From positions 196,354,001 through 196,418,000 of the forward strand of contig NC_042998.1 of the NCBI RefSeq assembly GCF_006345805.1: DNA of 64,000 bases, read 5' to 3'. This stretch comes from Octopus sinensis. Taxonomy: Eukaryota. The notes beneath the pieces are model-generated. The model did not search any database and was not told the DNA's origin. It was given only the letters and a program-made list of their open reading frames with translations. Shown piece by piece: positions 63,353 through 64,000 of this stretch. Positions within the stretch are counted from its first letter, which is position 1; every line of letters starts with the position of its first letter. Both the position numbers and the translations under genes were made by a program.

Positions 63353-63699
63353 ATACGCAACCAGTATTGTTGAGCTAGGCAAGTTAGGCGGCAATCAGTG
63401 TCTTCTTCACCGAGATAAGGTCTTCACTCTGAAATAGGGGCTTTGTCTATTTATTCTTTGTTACAAACTACATTCCTTACAGCCCTTTCCTCTCATGTCT
63501 CCTTCTTCTCTTCCAATCAAACGAGTGACCTTCACCCGTTCAATGTAAATACTATCAACATGGTACTCACCCAGTAACCCTTATCTCTAAATCCACACGG
63601 AGGGGAAGGGGACCTGCTAACACACTAACGCTATTTTTCCCTGACAACTGAATAAAATATTATTGACTTCCCATCTAAGATGATAGCTAACCAGCTTAT

Positions 63700-63775
63700 C
63701 TAGCTAGTTATCCATATTTATCTATGCATCTATCTTTCTGTCTATGTCAATCTATCTAAATATGTTATCTATCTG

Positions 63776-63844
<69 letters not shown>

Positions 63845-63967
63845 CTATCTATCTCTTTCTGTCTATCTGTCTGTCTATCTCTCTCACCATCTATCAACCT
63901 ACCTACCTACCTACCTACCTATCTATCTATCTATCTACTATCTATCTATCTATCTGTCTATCCATGT

Positions 63968-64000
<33 letters not shown>
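63700..64000. repeat. (TCTA)n/(CCTA)n microsatellite
   Basis: Read directly. Confidence 0.95.

Overview
Repeat-rich, intron-rich animal DNA; the SINE/LINE families look like coleoid cephalopod (probably Octopus), from my recollection of them rather than a search. Two spliced genes lie on the minus strand. AP3M1 (AP-3 mu subunit) has 10 coding exons from ATG 39987 to 5266 (357 codons, all intron phases consistent); its last ~60 codons lie left of the window. TAF12 is complete: 4 coding exons, 58183 to 49908, 157 aa. The rest is microsatellite, three tRNA-derived SINE superfamilies, truncated LINEs (RTE, CR1, Dong/R4-like, CRE-like), a deleted mariner, non-autonomous Helitrons, TTAA-flanked MITEs and palindromes. 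Most interesting: (1) a tRNA-headed, SINE-like element whose tail carries a Penelope-type minimal hammerhead ribozyme and which inserts as head-to-head inverted dimers; unrelated minimal hammerheads sit inside other inverted repeats, and a degenerate Penelope GIY-YIG ORF lies nearby; (2) a near full-length U2 snRNA fused to an RTE LINE 3' tail; (3) a local duplication that builds a frame-preserving 72-nt candidate new AP3M1 exon. All long ORFs in the TA/CA/TAA arrays are artefacts. Repeat boundaries are approximate; exon boundaries were read from splice sites.
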